Positions 8,601 to 22,300 of a DNA stretch of 64,000 nt are shown in pieces (position 1 is the first letter of the stretch; every line of letters starts with the position of its first letter). Location: contig JAFZKH010000009.1 in NCBI GenBank assembly GCA_017553685.1, positions 144,479 through 208,478 of the forward strand. The letters run 5' to 3'. The notes under the pieces are model-generated. The model was given only the letters and a program-made list of their open reading frames with translations, was not told the DNA's origin and did not search any database. A program made the translations under genes and the position numbers. Source of the stretch: Bacilli bacterium. Its GTDB lineage: Bacteria > Bacillota_I > Bacilli_A > RF39 > UBA660.

Positions 8601-8971
8601 CTTATTTTTTCATTTTCATGTTTATCATATTCATAATCTATAAAACTATTCTCATTATCATCTGTTATATCAAGTATTGTTATTTCTCTACTTAAATTAC
8701 TTTTAATAACCAATTTATAAGTTACTGAATCATTTAATTTATGAAATTCAATATTATTAATTACTTTATCATCAGTAAAGTTTGTTATTGTTCCTGTAAC
8801 ACCATCTGATTTATCTGATAGAGTTGCACCTGTTATTTTAAATGCGCTTGTTTCAGCAAATGCATTAATACTCATAAATAAAGACACGACAAATAGCACA
8901 GCAAATAATACTGTGAATAGTTTTGATTTATTAAGTTTTCTTTTAACTACTGTTTTAGCCATATCATGCAC
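5618..8971 (-). CDS. composite secreted protein: signal peptide, ~130-aa domain, internal NPKTG-TM-KKKKK cell-wall sorting signal, second signal-peptide-like segment (AKA|AS), ~8 Listeria-Bacteroides (Flg_new, PF09479-like) repeats, Cys-containing C-terminal domain
   Basis: Repeats of the form 'YTV.FD.N......P......Y.......N.(Y/F)TR.GY.F.GWNT..DG.G..Y......N......LYAEW'. 'NPKTG' at 8441-8455, followed by a hydrophobic stretch and 'KKKKK' at 8354-8368, then 'MMLIGLITLPIIAKAAS'. Confidence 0.75.
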   Translation of the reverse strand: MHDMAKTVVKRKLNKSKLFTVLFAVLFVVSLFMSINAFAETSAFKITGATLSDKSDGVTGTITNFTDDKVINNIEFHKLNDSVTYKLVIKSNLSREITILDITDDNENSFIDYEYDKHENEKISANGTLNFDVKAIYKTLVNDITKRTQNNTVKFTIKYLDEGEKKTDTIIINPKTGDNIHISYIMLIISSIGLVTSIATSKKKKKALNMMLIGLITLPIIAKAASTLTFDLSLVSTYTLNDKIIVTLDDGTTETTKAINYGETIDSLPSPTVTGYHIDKWVNEDNTDFDITAPIYEDKTVTASWKANPYTIHFNINDASIVVEPGTTLITDGSMSDLEMVYDTTKALTSNGFTIQGYAFDSWNTKADGTGTKIEDGATVNNLAESGIVNLYARWGATPYTVNYDINTPDPNATGTTASQSKPYNTTFTLSPNGFTRTGYNFYGWNTESDGTGTHYDDEESVKNLDIDGEITLYAQWGPKSISITFDDNTDDTHVTGTMTNQTVTYDVNTYLKQNAYVRPGYTFSGWNTQSDGLGNHYDNQENITNEFVNNTTLYAEWDVNDYRIVFKKNDDRATGGMSPQTITYDTTVNLDQLGFELTGYNFVEWNTEEDGSGTSYSDQAEVTNLVTSGELELYAIWEPKQYTITYDINTDDPNATGTMSAQIIVFDIPNNLLNENQYTRTGYAFAGWNTLANGQGTHYDDKQDVTNTMSENDITLYAEWAVTPYHVVFNKNGGSGNQMPNQEIAYGEEVNLNTNTYTREGYNYLGWNTQSDGQGTHYDNEQLVKNLDIDGEVILYAEWDANQYTITYDKNGGSGNDMPDQVFTYGVSTSLNPNTYTRSKHNFIGWNTKADGTGIHYDNTQDITNLISENTTLYAEWFFRCRSFATDSWNTIISNINSDPNYYYLADSCEKEVEMDMDNDSINESYTVRLANTSKPEVCETEGYSQTACGIVIEFIDSVSNKNIYSVNNNAGGWAGSSLATWLNSDFYNKLPSDLQSVIIPTYPIVSGSGPSGDSPIITENDTNLNKIYLSSAYEIGLTHSADNKNNPLTDTRMLDFYSANNSNSGRLKGQIQWWIRTPHSNADNVWFVIVGGSTYNSNVSNNRQVTPVFRIGINN

Positions 8972-9365
8972 CTCAAAAACTATAAATATGCCTTCCCTAT
9001 CTTAGATTATAATTCAATATAATTATATCAAAATCCAAAAACTAGAACAATACAAATAAAGAAAAAATACACTATTTTTTATAAAAGTGTAAAGTGGACA
9101 ATGATACTGTCTTTTTATGTAAATTAGAAGGACCATATATAACCATAATATATACCTGATTGTGTATATGTTTTAATGCAAAAAACATAAGAGCATAAGA
9201 GATTGTCCCCATGATTCTTGGAATCTGTTATTTCATAACAAATTTAATGGGGACAAACTTATTTTGCACTTGCAAAATTGATCCATCTTTATGGATATCT
9301 TTTATGCTTATTCCTTTATTTTATAAAGAAAAACTGTGGATTAAATTATGGTCATATTTTTATTG

Positions 9366-11231
<1,866 letters not shown>

Positions 11232-11378
11232 TCATTAAACTAATACCTTTAACTCCTTTAAATAATCATTATAAGTTTTAATATATTTCAGCAAATTCAT
11301 AAATTACCACCTTTTTCGGCTATATTTCCTTTACTTGGCTTTATATATTAATCTTTTTCTATTAAAAAGTCAATAGTA

Positions 11379-11663
11379 TTAGTTTTGATGAGTTTTTATA
11401 TAATTAGACAATTCACTAAATGGAATTGATTTTTCTAGTGTATTTATATAAACATCATCGCATTCATTGAAGAATAAATATGTATTATTTTGTATTTTTA
11501 GTTTATGAGGATTGATGTAAGCAAGATTAGTTTTATCTATATTTATTATTTCTCCTTCAATAAGTTTCCCTTTAAGATTAAGAAACATTAATAAGTTCTT
11601 TACTCTTTTATTTAAAGACTCCTCAATCTCATATTTTTCCTTAATAATTTGCATACCAATCAA
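11379..11663 (-). CDS. hypothetical small protein between tmRNA and the recombinase
   Basis: 94-aa ORF starting immediately after the tmRNA terminator. No recognisable domain. Confidence 0.35.
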   Translation of the reverse strand: MIGMQIIKEKYEIEESLNKRVKNLLMFLNLKGKLIEGEIINIDKTNLAYINPHKLKIQNNTYLFFNECDDVYINTLEKSIPFSELSNYIKTHQN

Positions 11664-11684
11664 CTCCTTTCATAGCAAAATAAA

Positions 11685-11709
11685 AAGGTTAATTGGAAAT
11701 TAACCTTTT
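11685..11709 (-). terminator. intrinsic terminator of ssrA (aaaaggttaa...ttaacctttt)
   Basis: Perfect 10-bp inverted repeat with flanking A/T runs, directly 3' of the tmRNA CCA end. Confidence 0.6.
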
Positions 11710-11744
11710 ATATAAAAGTCGATTGGTTCGACTTAAAATCACTC

Positions 11745-12117
11745 TGGTGGAGCTGAGGGGAATCGAACCCCTGTCCAAAATGGTTCATATTTAGGTACTA
11801 CAGGCTTAGCTAATTATAAAGATTCCTAAATTACTAAGTAATTAACAACAAATAATTTAGTAAGTCTATAAGATTCTTTATTATTTCTAGACTAAATAAT
11901 AATATATTCTGCTAAAACGAACCTTCTAAAACCTACGCAGAAAATAGATAGTAGAAAGTGCACTCACTAATTATTAAGCTAAAGCAGCACTATTAACTCT
12001 GAATAGTGATGCGAATGCGTTTGAAATTTTGTTTGAAATTATTTTTTAAAAGACTTAACGTGTCACTCCGGCCTGCACCTATAATACTAAGCAAATTGTC
12101 GAAGCCAATACAGCCCC
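11745..12117 (-). ncRNA. ssrA: tmRNA (transfer-messenger RNA, SsrA)
   Basis: The reverse complement begins 'GGGGCTGTATTGGCTTCGACA' and ends 'GGACAGGGGTTCGATTCCCCTCAGCTCCACCA' (T-arm plus CCA). The internal tag ORF ends '...AALA' followed by TAA TAA. Located directly downstream of smpB. Confidence 0.9.
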
Positions 12118-12159
12118 ATGTATAAAAATTATAGGCAAAATAAGGAAAAAGTCAAATTT

Positions 12160-12606
12160 TTACCTATAATTTTTAAGTGCTCTAGCAGTCTCTCTGTCTG
12201 TGTCTCTTCTTTTAATTGCTTCTTTTTTATCATAAGTATGTTTACCTTTAGCAACTGCTATTTCTAATTTTGCTATATTTCCTTTTAAATATAGTCTTGC
12301 TGGAATAATAGTATATCCTTTTATTTCTACTATTCCTTGTAATTTATTTATTTCTTTTCTATTAAGAAGTAGTTTTCTAGTTCTAGTTTCTTCTAGATTA
12401 CTAGTACCTTTATCATAATTAGATATATGCATATTAAGAACAAATACTTCATTATTCTTAACTAATACATAACTATCTTTTAAATTACAAGATCCTTTTC
12501 TAATAGATTTGATTTCATTACCAGTTAAAACAATACCTGCTTCATATTTTTCTAGTATTTCATAATCATATCTAGCTTTTCTATTTAGTATTTCCATGTT
12601 TATCAC
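12160..12606 (-). CDS. smpB: SsrA-binding protein SmpB
   Basis: Typical SmpB sequence ('[10 protein letters not shown]', 'GNEIKS', '[10 protein letters not shown]'). Position upstream of ssrA. Confidence 0.95.
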   Translation of the reverse strand: MINMEILNRKARYDYEILEKYEAGIVLTGNEIKSIRKGSCNLKDSYVLVKNNEVFVLNMHISNYDKGTSNLEETRTRKLLLNRKEINKLQGIVEIKGYTIIPARLYLKGNIAKLEIAVAKGKHTYDKKEAIKRRDTDRETARALKNYR

Positions 12607-14704
12607 CTTCTATTAATTCAAAATCTATTGTACTAGTCTCTTTAGAGGCATTAATAACCTTTATTTTAACTTTTTGACCTATCTTATACATCTTTTTAGT
12701 TCTTTGTCCTATAAGGGCATTTAATTCTTCATTATAGTTATAATAATCTCCTTGAATATCTGATACATGTATTAGACCCTCTACCATATTAGGAAGTTGT
12801 ACAAACATACCAAAGTTTAAACAAGAACTAATAATACCTTCATATTCTTCACCTATATGGGATTCCATATATTCAGCCATCTTCATCTTTTCTACATCTC
12901 TTTCACAATCAATAGAATCTCTTTCTTTCTTAGATGAATGTTCACATATTTCAGGTAATTTCATTTCATAATAACTTATTAATTCATTTAATTCATGTTC
13001 ATTAGGTTTATTAAATAAATACTTTCTAAGTAAATTATGAACTGTTGTATCTGGGAATCTTCTTATTGGAGAAGTAAAATGAGTATAACACTTAGAACCT
13101 AGTCCATAGTGTCCTACATTTTGCTCTCTATATTCAGCTTTTCTCATACATCTAAGAAGAAGATTAGAGAATATATCATAACCCTCTTTATTAGTAATAA
13201 TATCAAGTATTCCTTGCATTACTTTAGGATTATCATAGTGTCTAGCACCTTTTATATTAAGACCTGAAGCTGATAAAGAACTAATAAATTCATTTACTTT
13301 ATCATCATCTGGTACTTCATGGACTCTATATACAAATGGATATCCCATATAGAATATATGACTAGCAACAGTTTCATTGGCTGCTATCATAAAGTCTTCG
13401 ATTAAGTTTTCTCCTTTACCTCTTTCTCTTAGAACTATATCATATGGTTTACCTTGTTCATCTACTAATATTACTGGTTCATTAGTATCAAAATCTAGAT
13501 ATCCTCTAGATATTTTTTCTTTTCTAAGTATTTCTGATAGTTCTAACATAAGTTTTAAATCAGATTCAAATTCCTTATAGTCTTCTGGAGTTTCTCCATC
13601 AAATACCTTATTAACATTCTTATAAGTCATTTGTTTTCTTGATTTAATAACAGATTCAAATATATCATGAGATATTATCTTACCTCTTGGATCTATAGTC
13701 ATAATGCATGATATAGCAAGTCTTATTTCTCCAGGATTTAAAGAACATATACCATTACTAAGTTTATGTGGAAGCATAGGAATAACTCTATCTACTAAGT
13801 ATACTGAAGTTCCTCTATCTTTTGCTTCTTCATATAACTTAGTTCCTTCTTTTACATAATAGGAAACATCTGCTATATGAACCCCTAAAATATAGTTTTC
13901 ACCATCTTTTTTAATAGAAATAGCATCATCTATATCTTTAGTATAGTCACCATCTATAGTAAATATACATTCATTAGTTAGGTCAACTCTCTCTAGTGTT
14001 TCCTCTATTTTTACCTCTGTAGGTATTTTTTCTACTTCTTTCATAACATCATCTTGGAAAACATCATTAATTCCGTAGTCATATACTATAGAAAGTATAT
14101 CTACTCCTGGATCATTCTTATGACCTATTATTTTATCTACTTTTGCTAAATATCTATGGTTTGGAAGTTCTTTTTCAATTTTAACTCTTATTTTATGACC
14201 AGGTACTAAATCTTTTAAATCTGCTTTATCTATAATAATATTCATTTTTAATTTATTATTATCTGGTTTAAATGAAGGATTACCCTTTACTATATCAAAA
14301 GTACCTACTACATAACTATTACTCTTTTTAAGTATTTTAACTACTCTTCCTTCATCTTTTTTACCTGTACCTTTAATATCTTCAATAATAACAGTATCAC
14401 CATCTAATGCACCATTTAAGTTATCTTCATCTATATAGATATCATCTTCTAAACCTGAGACTGTTACAAAACCAAATCCCTTTTTATTAACAGATAATAC
14501 CCCTATTTTTAGATGACTATTCTCAAATAGCATATATTTATCTTTTCTAGTTTTATATATTAAAGCTTCGTCTTCTAAATCATTTAGAACCTCTAATAAA
14601 GAAGTAAGTTCAGATACTTCACTCATATTAAGAGCCTCTAATAATTCAATAGAAGTCATTGCTTTTTCTGAACTACCTAATATTTCTAATATCTTATCTC
14701 TCAT
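12581..14704 (-). CDS. rnr: ribonuclease R
   Basis: RNB-family catalytic region ('DIDDAIS', 'HIADVSYYV') plus C-terminal S1 domain. Sits in the conserved secG-rnr-smpB context. Confidence 0.92.
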   Translation of the reverse strand: MRDKILEILGSSEKAMTSIELLEALNMSEVSELTSLLEVLNDLEDEALIYKTRKDKYMLFENSHLKIGVLSVNKKGFGFVTVSGLEDDIYIDEDNLNGALDGDTVIIEDIKGTGKKDEGRVVKILKKSNSYVVGTFDIVKGNPSFKPDNNKLKMNIIIDKADLKDLVPGHKIRVKIEKELPNHRYLAKVDKIIGHKNDPGVDILSIVYDYGINDVFQDDVMKEVEKIPTEVKIEETLERVDLTNECIFTIDGDYTKDIDDAISIKKDGENYILGVHIADVSYYVKEGTKLYEEAKDRGTSVYLVDRVIPMLPHKLSNGICSLNPGEIRLAISCIMTIDPRGKIISHDIFESVIKSRKQMTYKNVNKVFDGETPEDYKEFESDLKLMLELSEILRKEKISRGYLDFDTNEPVILVDEQGKPYDIVLRERGKGENLIEDFMIAANETVASHIFYMGYPFVYRVHEVPDDDKVNEFISSLSASGLNIKGARHYDNPKVMQGILDIITNKEGYDIFSNLLLRCMRKAEYREQNVGHYGLGSKCYTHFTSPIRRFPDTTVHNLLRKYLFNKPNEHELNELISYYEMKLPEICEHSSKKERDSIDCERDVEKMKMAEYMESHIGEEYEGIISSCLNFGMFVQLPNMVEGLIHVSDIQGDYYNYNEELNALIGQRTKKMYKIGQKVKIKVINASKETSTIDFELIEGDKHGNTK

Positions 14705-14756
14705 AGTTTCACCTTAAATTCATTATAAAATAAAAAGACTTTTAATAAAAGTCTTT

Positions 14757-14990
14757 TTACTTTAAAACTGACATAACTAGACAAAGAACAAAGAATAGAA
14801 TTCCAAGTACTAAAGTAAGTCTACTTATAAATAATTCTGGTCCTCTTTCTTTTCTTTGAGCAAATAATTCAGAACTTGCTCCTAGTAATATATTTGAAGC
14901 ATCTTCTGCTTTGTCGCTTTGTAATAAAACTACTGTTATTAATAAAATTGATATAACTAATAATACTACGTCCATTTGTATTACCTCCAA
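14757..14990 (-). CDS. secG: preprotein translocase subunit SecG
   Basis: Two TM helices with a 'LLQSDKAEDASNILLG' loop typical of SecG. Located between eno and rnr. Confidence 0.8.
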   Translation of the reverse strand: MEVIQMDVVLLVISILLITVVLLQSDKAEDASNILLGASSELFAQRKERGPELFISRLTLVLGILFFVLCLVMSVLK

Positions 14991-15014
14991 ACATGTGTTA
15001 TTTTAACATAATTT

Positions 15015-16247
15015 TTATTTGTTTTCAATATAATCATTAATTTTCATTAATCTATTATACTTAGATACTCTATCTACTCTAGAAAGAGATCCTGTTTTAA
15101 TTTGTTTTAAATCTAGGCCTACTGCTAAATCAGCGATAAATGTATCTTCTGTTTCACCACTTCTATGAGAAATAATAGTTTTAATATTATTTTCTTTAGC
15201 TAGTTTAATAGTATTTAAAGCTTCTGTTACAGTACCTATTTGATTAAACTTTATAATTATAGCATTAGCTAATTTTTCTTCTATACCCATTCTAAGAAGT
15301 TTTTCATTAGTAACAAATAGATCATCACCTACTATTTGAATCTTATCTCCATATTTAGCAGTTATAGATTTAAATCCTTCATAGTCTTCTTCATTAAATG
15401 AATCCTCTATAGATATTATTGGATAATTATTTATTAATTCCCCATAATAATCTAATAATTCATCTCTAGTAATTAATTTATCCTCTAAAAGATATTTATC
15501 TTCTTCTTTGTTATAGAATTCTGAAGCAGCAATATCTAATGCAATATAAACATCTTCTCCTGGTTTATAATTAGATAGTTTAATAGCTTCTATTATATAA
15601 TCAAGAGCTTCTTTATTACTAGATAAATTAGGAGCAAATCCTCCTTCATCACCTACATTTGTATTAAGTCCTTTTTCTTTTAATACTTTTTTAAGATTAT
15701 GAAATATTTCAGATCCTTGTCTTATTCTTTCATTAATAGTGCTTGCATTAGGAATAATCATAAACTCTTGGAAATCTAGTTTATTATCTGCATGAGCACC
15801 ACCATTAATTATATTCATCATAGGATATGGCATAGAATAAGTATCTCCTACATATTCATATAGTTCTTTATTATTCTCTTTAGCACTTGCTTTTAAACAA
15901 GCTAAAGATACAGATAAAATAGCATTAGCTCCTAGATTAGATTTATTATCTGTACCATCTAATTCTATCATAGTTTTATCTATTAATTCTTGATTAGATA
16001 CTTCCATACCTATTAGCTTATCTTTTATTATTGTATTAACGTTTTTAACGGCTTTTAAGACACCTTTTCCGTTATATCTATTATTATCATTATCTCTTAA
16101 TTCTAAGGCTTCTTTTGACCCTGTAGAGGCTCCAGAAGGAACAGATGCTATACCACTTACTTTCTCAGTAAATACTTCTGTTTCAATAGTAGGATTACCT
16201 CTAGAATCTAATATTTCTCTAGCTTTAATATCTATTATCTTACTCAT
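15015..16247 (-). CDS. eno: enolase (phosphopyruvate hydratase)
   Basis: '[16 protein letters not shown]' N-terminus, with 'SHRSGETED' and 'IKTGS' motifs. Confidence 0.97.
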   Translation of the reverse strand: MSKIIDIKAREILDSRGNPTIETEVFTEKVSGIASVPSGASTGSKEALELRDNDNNRYNGKGVLKAVKNVNTIIKDKLIGMEVSNQELIDKTMIELDGTDNKSNLGANAILSVSLACLKASAKENNKELYEYVGDTYSMPYPMMNIINGGAHADNKLDFQEFMIIPNASTINERIRQGSEIFHNLKKVLKEKGLNTNVGDEGGFAPNLSSNKEALDYIIEAIKLSNYKPGEDVYIALDIAASEFYNKEEDKYLLEDKLITRDELLDYYGELINNYPIISIEDSFNEEDYEGFKSITAKYGDKIQIVGDDLFVTNEKLLRMGIEEKLANAIIIKFNQIGTVTEALNTIKLAKENNIKTIISHRSGETEDTFIADLAVGLDLKQIKTGSLSRVDRVSKYNRLMKINDYIENK

Positions 16248-16301
16248 TTATATCACCTAGTATAATTATAACATAAAAAAAGCACTTATTAAGTGCTTTT
16301 C

Positions 16302-19300
16302 TTATTGATTACTAACATCTGATTTTCTTTTTAATACAAACATTATAGAAAGTACTGCAATTATAGATATAGCTATAAGCAGATAATTAACTTTCATTAT
16401 ACCTGTTTGAATTGTAATTACTAATGTAGCTACTGAAGATGCAGACATATGACCAAAATCAGAAATAATATTTTCTTTAATATTTGGACTTAATGTTCCA
16501 TCATCATATATAGTAAATTGTAATTCAGTATTATAATTATCAACTAACTTATATTCTCCAGCATCTAAATCATTTAAGTAAATTCTACCTTTAATAGGTT
16601 TTAAATCAGTTGTTTTTCTACCAATTGTATATTTTCCAGCTCCATCTGGATTAACTTTAACTAATTCATAAGAACTTCCTTCATACTTATATAAGTTATA
16701 AGTCTTAGAAGTATCTAACGCATTACCATCTTCCATTCTAGTAATAATTATATCTTTACCATTATCATTTATACCAAATATACTTGATAGTAATTTAGAT
16801 ATATTTGATTGTAAATCTTCACCATTTCTAGAACCATTTCTTAATGTAATGTTATCTGGAATAGTAAATCCATTATCATTAATATTATGGTAATTTAAGT
16901 TAATGGTTAATGAGTATTGTGGATCTAGTACTAAGTCTTCAGTTAATTCAACAGAGAAGTAGAATTCATCACCAATCTTAACTTCTGGACATCCGTTTTG
17001 TTCAGTATAGTTTTGAACACTAGCATTAATAGCTTCTTGAAGAGTATTATAACAAATACCTTGTACACAAGCTATCTTAGTATCAACTTCTTCAGCATGT
17101 TTTAAGTACATAATATGTTTACCAGTTAATACGCCAAGTTCATCATATTCAGGAGATGCATATGGAATAAATCCTGTTTCTACATCATCAATAGTAGCAT
17201 CGATTACTATACTCTTAGTACTCTTGAAGTATCCATCATAAATCTTTACAAATGAATCATATCCAGATGATGTAATAGCATAACCACCATTATTAGTTAT
17301 TTTTGGTGAGTTAGTATTAACTATACCATCTTTAGTACCAATAGTTAATTGTCCCTTATTAGTTATAGGTCCTATTTCTCCACCAAGGATTGTAGCAGCA
17401 CCATGGTAATTAGTTATAGTAATTGAACCAATAGTACCATTATTAATAGTAGCTTCAGTACCTCTATCAGAATCAAGATTTAAATATCTGATTACTCCAC
17501 CATTAATAGTTACATTTGAATTATATACATTATTTATTCCATTAACAGTTCCAGAATTAATAGTTAATGTATCATGATTTTCTACATAATATAGAACTTC
17601 AGTACCATCTAATACTAGTTTTTCACCATTTATTATCTTTTCAACAGTACCACCAGTTAATGTTAAATCATTATTAGAATTTCCTGCACTAGTACTTAAA
17701 TTCTTAATGTAAGCACCTGTGCCTAATGAAAGTGACATACTAGAGTTTTCTAAAGTTGAAATTGTAGAATTAGTTATATTCATAACTCCATCGTTACCAC
17801 TTGAGTGATGATGATAGTTTTTATAGTAAGAACCTGTTGTATTACTAATATTTGCTGTACCATCTTCTTCATTAACAATGTTCTTTACTTCACCACCAGT
17901 AACATTTAAAATAGCATTACTTGGATTATCCCAATCACTATTTGCAACACTTTCTACAATACCATTAGAGATATTTGCAGTACCAAAGTTGTTAATCTTA
18001 TCAATACGTCCTTCAACTACATTTAAAGTTCCAGAAGTATTAGTAACACTTAATACTCTACCTCTATCATTAGTATTGTCAGCAATGTAAGCTTCATCAG
18101 TTACTGTTACTGTACCAGAAGTTATATTAAGATTTGCATCTAATGTTTTACCATTTAAATCTAGAATAATACCTTTATCAACAGTAATATCATAATTACT
18201 TGTTACTTCAGATACTGTTTTAACTAATTGAAGTTTTTCACCATCTGCAGCATTAGATATTGCAGTTCTAATTGATGAATAACTTACATCTTGATCAATA
18301 TTCTTAATTACTTCTTCAGTATTTATTAACATGTAAGGTCCACCATTTGGACGATATATAGTAAAGTTTTCTTCTTTATCAGTAAAGTGACATAAATTAT
18401 TTTCATCTAAGAATAAACTTCCACCATATAAATTGAATTCTAAATCATCTCTATTCTTACATGAAGCGGATGAAATATACATACTAGATTCAGCAGTATC
18501 ATCTTTCTCGCCCATTGTAATTGTACCAACTTCATTAAACAATTTAGATATATAACCACCAGTTTGTGTTACAGAACCTTTAACATGATTACTATAACTT
18601 TGATATAAAATAATAGCATATTTATAATCACTATCAGTTCCATGATTAACTGATCCACCAGACATTACAAAGTTACCACCATCAATTTCAATAGCAGCTA
18701 CAGTATAATCTAATCCGCTTTGACCAGAATGTTGATATGGAGCCTCACAATGATAATATCTATAACCATTATCATAAGTATAATCACAGAAATGTTTAGT
18801 AGGCATCTCATTATCAAGACTTATAGTATTACTATCAAAGTATACTGTTTTATTAGGACCTATATACACAGATGCATTATTAATAGCAAAATATCCATGT
18901 TCAAATTCCTTTTTAGATTCATAATGTGGATAGCCTTTAAATTCTTGTCTTGTAGATGTACCATCTGAACAAGAATTAATAGCACTATATCCAACATAAT
19001 AATTAGTAGGATTATATCCTTTTGAAGTAATGGTTGATGCAGTTATTGTTGAATCCAAATAACCAGTTCCATGATATCCTTCACCATATGTATAAATATT
19101 TGCATTAATTAATGTAGTTTTACCAGCATCATCAATACCTTTTCTAGCACCAAATATAGCACCAGTATATGTTAAATCACCAGTATTTGTAATTGCTGTA
19201 TCATAAGCAGCATCTATTACACCTTGATTAAATACCATTGTACCAGTATTTTCAATACCACTTTCAGCAAACACACTTAAAGTAGAAGCATTTATAGTTC

Positions 19301-22300
19301 CGGTAACATTATTAATAATTACTTTACCTGCTACAGCAGCTTTTTCAAGGTTATTATATGAATCTAGCTTATATGTCTCAATAGTAGAATTACTAATATT
19401 TACTGTACCACTATTTAATAATGCAGTATATGTATAATCACTATCAAAATATAGGTTACTAATATTCATAATAGCATTTTCATTATTAATAATTGATTCA
19501 GATAATGCTTGATGAATATTCATACCAGGACTACTTTGAATGTATTCAATAGCATCCTCTAATGATTGATCTGTATGTACTTTAATATATGTTGGATTAT
19601 AACAACTTGTACTTGTTGCATCACCAGTTATACTTAAAGTTCCATTATTTGTAATTACATTTGATTGATATGAAATAAAGTCACTTCTATAAATGTCCAT
19701 TGTTCCATTATTTTCAACCATAGTTTTATTAGCTTTAATATTTCTTACAGAGAATCTATTAAGAGTCATTGTTCCATTATTAACAATAGCACTTGTTTTA
19801 GACATTACATCTAATATTGGATCTGTTCCAGAATTTGGAACTACAGCACCATAGATTGTAATATTACCATTATTAATTAGGAATGGTCTTTCTATAGTTT
19901 CACCTGAATTTGAATCATAATAAGCTGTATTATTAATCTTAATATTATTTTGACGAGCAGTCATATTTGAATGTACAAATGATCCAGAACCATCATATGG
20001 TTCAAATTCATCTTGTGATGTAGTTGTAAGTGGATCAGTTGGAGGATTATCACTCTCGTAATATCTATAATATATTGGTTTATAATCAGCAGTACCATAG
20101 CTAAAGTATAAACTAAACTTCTTATCAGCAGCTACTACTAATGAAGGAGTATCTGAGAAGTTTGTATAATCTCTTGTCCAAATCAATTGATCATCTGTAT
20201 TGGCTTCATCAAATGCTTCTTGAGCATCATAATAATACTTTCCTGTAGTATAGTTAAGAACTAAAGGTAAAATATCAAGATATTTTTCTTTTGGACTCTT
20301 TAGATTATCAAATATAACATCATATCCTGTTTCAATATCTTCAATATGATAGTCTATTGGATTACTACCAGCTTTAAATACACCATCATAGAAGTATAAA
20401 TTGTTTTGAGCATATGAAGAACCAGTTTCACTTATACCAAAAGTTCCACCTCTAATTTCAGGTTCTGTTTTAGAAACATTTAATGTTTCTGTACCAGGTT
20501 TTAAATCACCCTTAGTACCAACAGTAACATTAATACCAGAACCATCTTTAACAAGAATTGCAGTATCAGATGTATTAATCTTACCACCAGTTATATTAAT
20601 AGTATGTCCACTACCTGTAGCAAGTAATGAACCATTAACAATTCCATCTGTTTGGTTATATTCATTACCATTACCTACAATGTTAAATCTTAGGTTATTA
20701 TATTCACCATCATTAATATTAACAATACTCTTAGATTGATCTTGATCTATTGTAGTATAAATTCTACTCTTTGATGATTTTCCACCAAACTTAGAATTAT
20801 TTAAGTTAAGAGTTGAATCAACAAATCTACCTAAGTTAGCTTCTATAGAAATATTGTTATATCTTGAATCATTATCAACATTAAAGTTAGTAATATCAAC
20901 AACAGAATTATGAGTATTAAATAATTGTTTTGTATGTTTAGCTTCTAATTCTGTAGTAGAATCAGCATAATATGCTTCATATGAGCTATTATCCTCTTTT
21001 GTATAGAAGTAACCACCACCAACAGTAACATTAGTATTATTTGCATAAATAGTATTAGCATTATACTCACCATTATTAATAGTTAAATTAATTTTTTCTT
21101 CACCATCAGTATCAGATATAATATCTAATCCTGTAGATGTAACATTATCAATAGTAAGATTAGCTTTATTCTTAACTAAGTTACTTTGAGTATAGTTATT
21201 AATAAAGTTACCACCATTAAATGTCATAGCATTATTATTTTCAAATGCAGTTTGACCTATAACATATATAGAACCACTACCAGTTACATTTAATGTACCA
21301 TTATTTGTAATTAGAGAATCTCTACTATATGAGTTAACACTAGCACCATTAGCATAATTAATAGTTAATGATTTACCTTCAGGTATTGTAACTCTATTAG
21401 CAGTATTATAATTACCAGATATATTAATAACTGAATTATCTGCAGCATTATTAATAGCTGTTTGTAATGATTTATATCCTGTACCATTTACTTCTACTAG
21501 ATTTCCTCTAGAAGAACTATCTATAGTATCAAGAGTAACTTTACCATTACCATCATATAAAACATCATATCCATCAGTTAAATCACTAATAGGTATATAA
21601 ACAACATTAGTCATATTACTACTTGTTGATGTATTTTGAATAGTTCCATCATAGTATTTAATATCACATAAGTTATCTGAATTATTTGGATATTCAATAG
21701 ATTTAATTAAAGTAGTTCTTAAATCATTACCATCTTGATATATTGTAACTAAATTACCAGATGTATCTTTATATATTCTATTATTATCTATTTCAGGTTC
21801 AAAGTATGAAGTAATTCCATTTCCTTTTAATTCAAAATCATCCATACCAACTGTACCCATTGGGTGACAATCACCAGATATTGCATATGAATCATTTGTT
21901 GATATAATAGTTGGACCTTCATTTACATTACCATCATCATCACCAATTGTTAATGATGTTCTAGCATAGTTATATGCACCAGGTTGATTAGTTTCCCAAG
22001 CATATAAGTTATAATAATAATATTTTAATAAGAATGGTATGTTTTGAATAGCAGATTTATTATTACCTGTGATAACACTATCACCTTTTACAGTTAAATT
22101 ACCACGATTCATAACACTTGTTGGAACAGTAACTCCATCTAATACCATATTATGTTCATTTAATAGCATTTCATTATTTATTGAACCACCTGTTATATTA
22201 GCAGTTCCTTTTAAATCTTTACCCGCATGAATATCAGGATTAAAATATTTATCTAGTTTTTGGCATTCACCCATATGGTTATAATATTCTGCACAACTAT

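Noticed and set aside
11745-12117. Considered whether the tmRNA gene is truncated or disrupted by the adjacent recombinase-bearing element.
   Set aside because: The gene appears complete: 5' GGGG, tag reading frame ending AALA-stop-stop, intact T-arm and 3' CCA, followed by its own terminator. The element therefore abuts ssrA rather than interrupting it.
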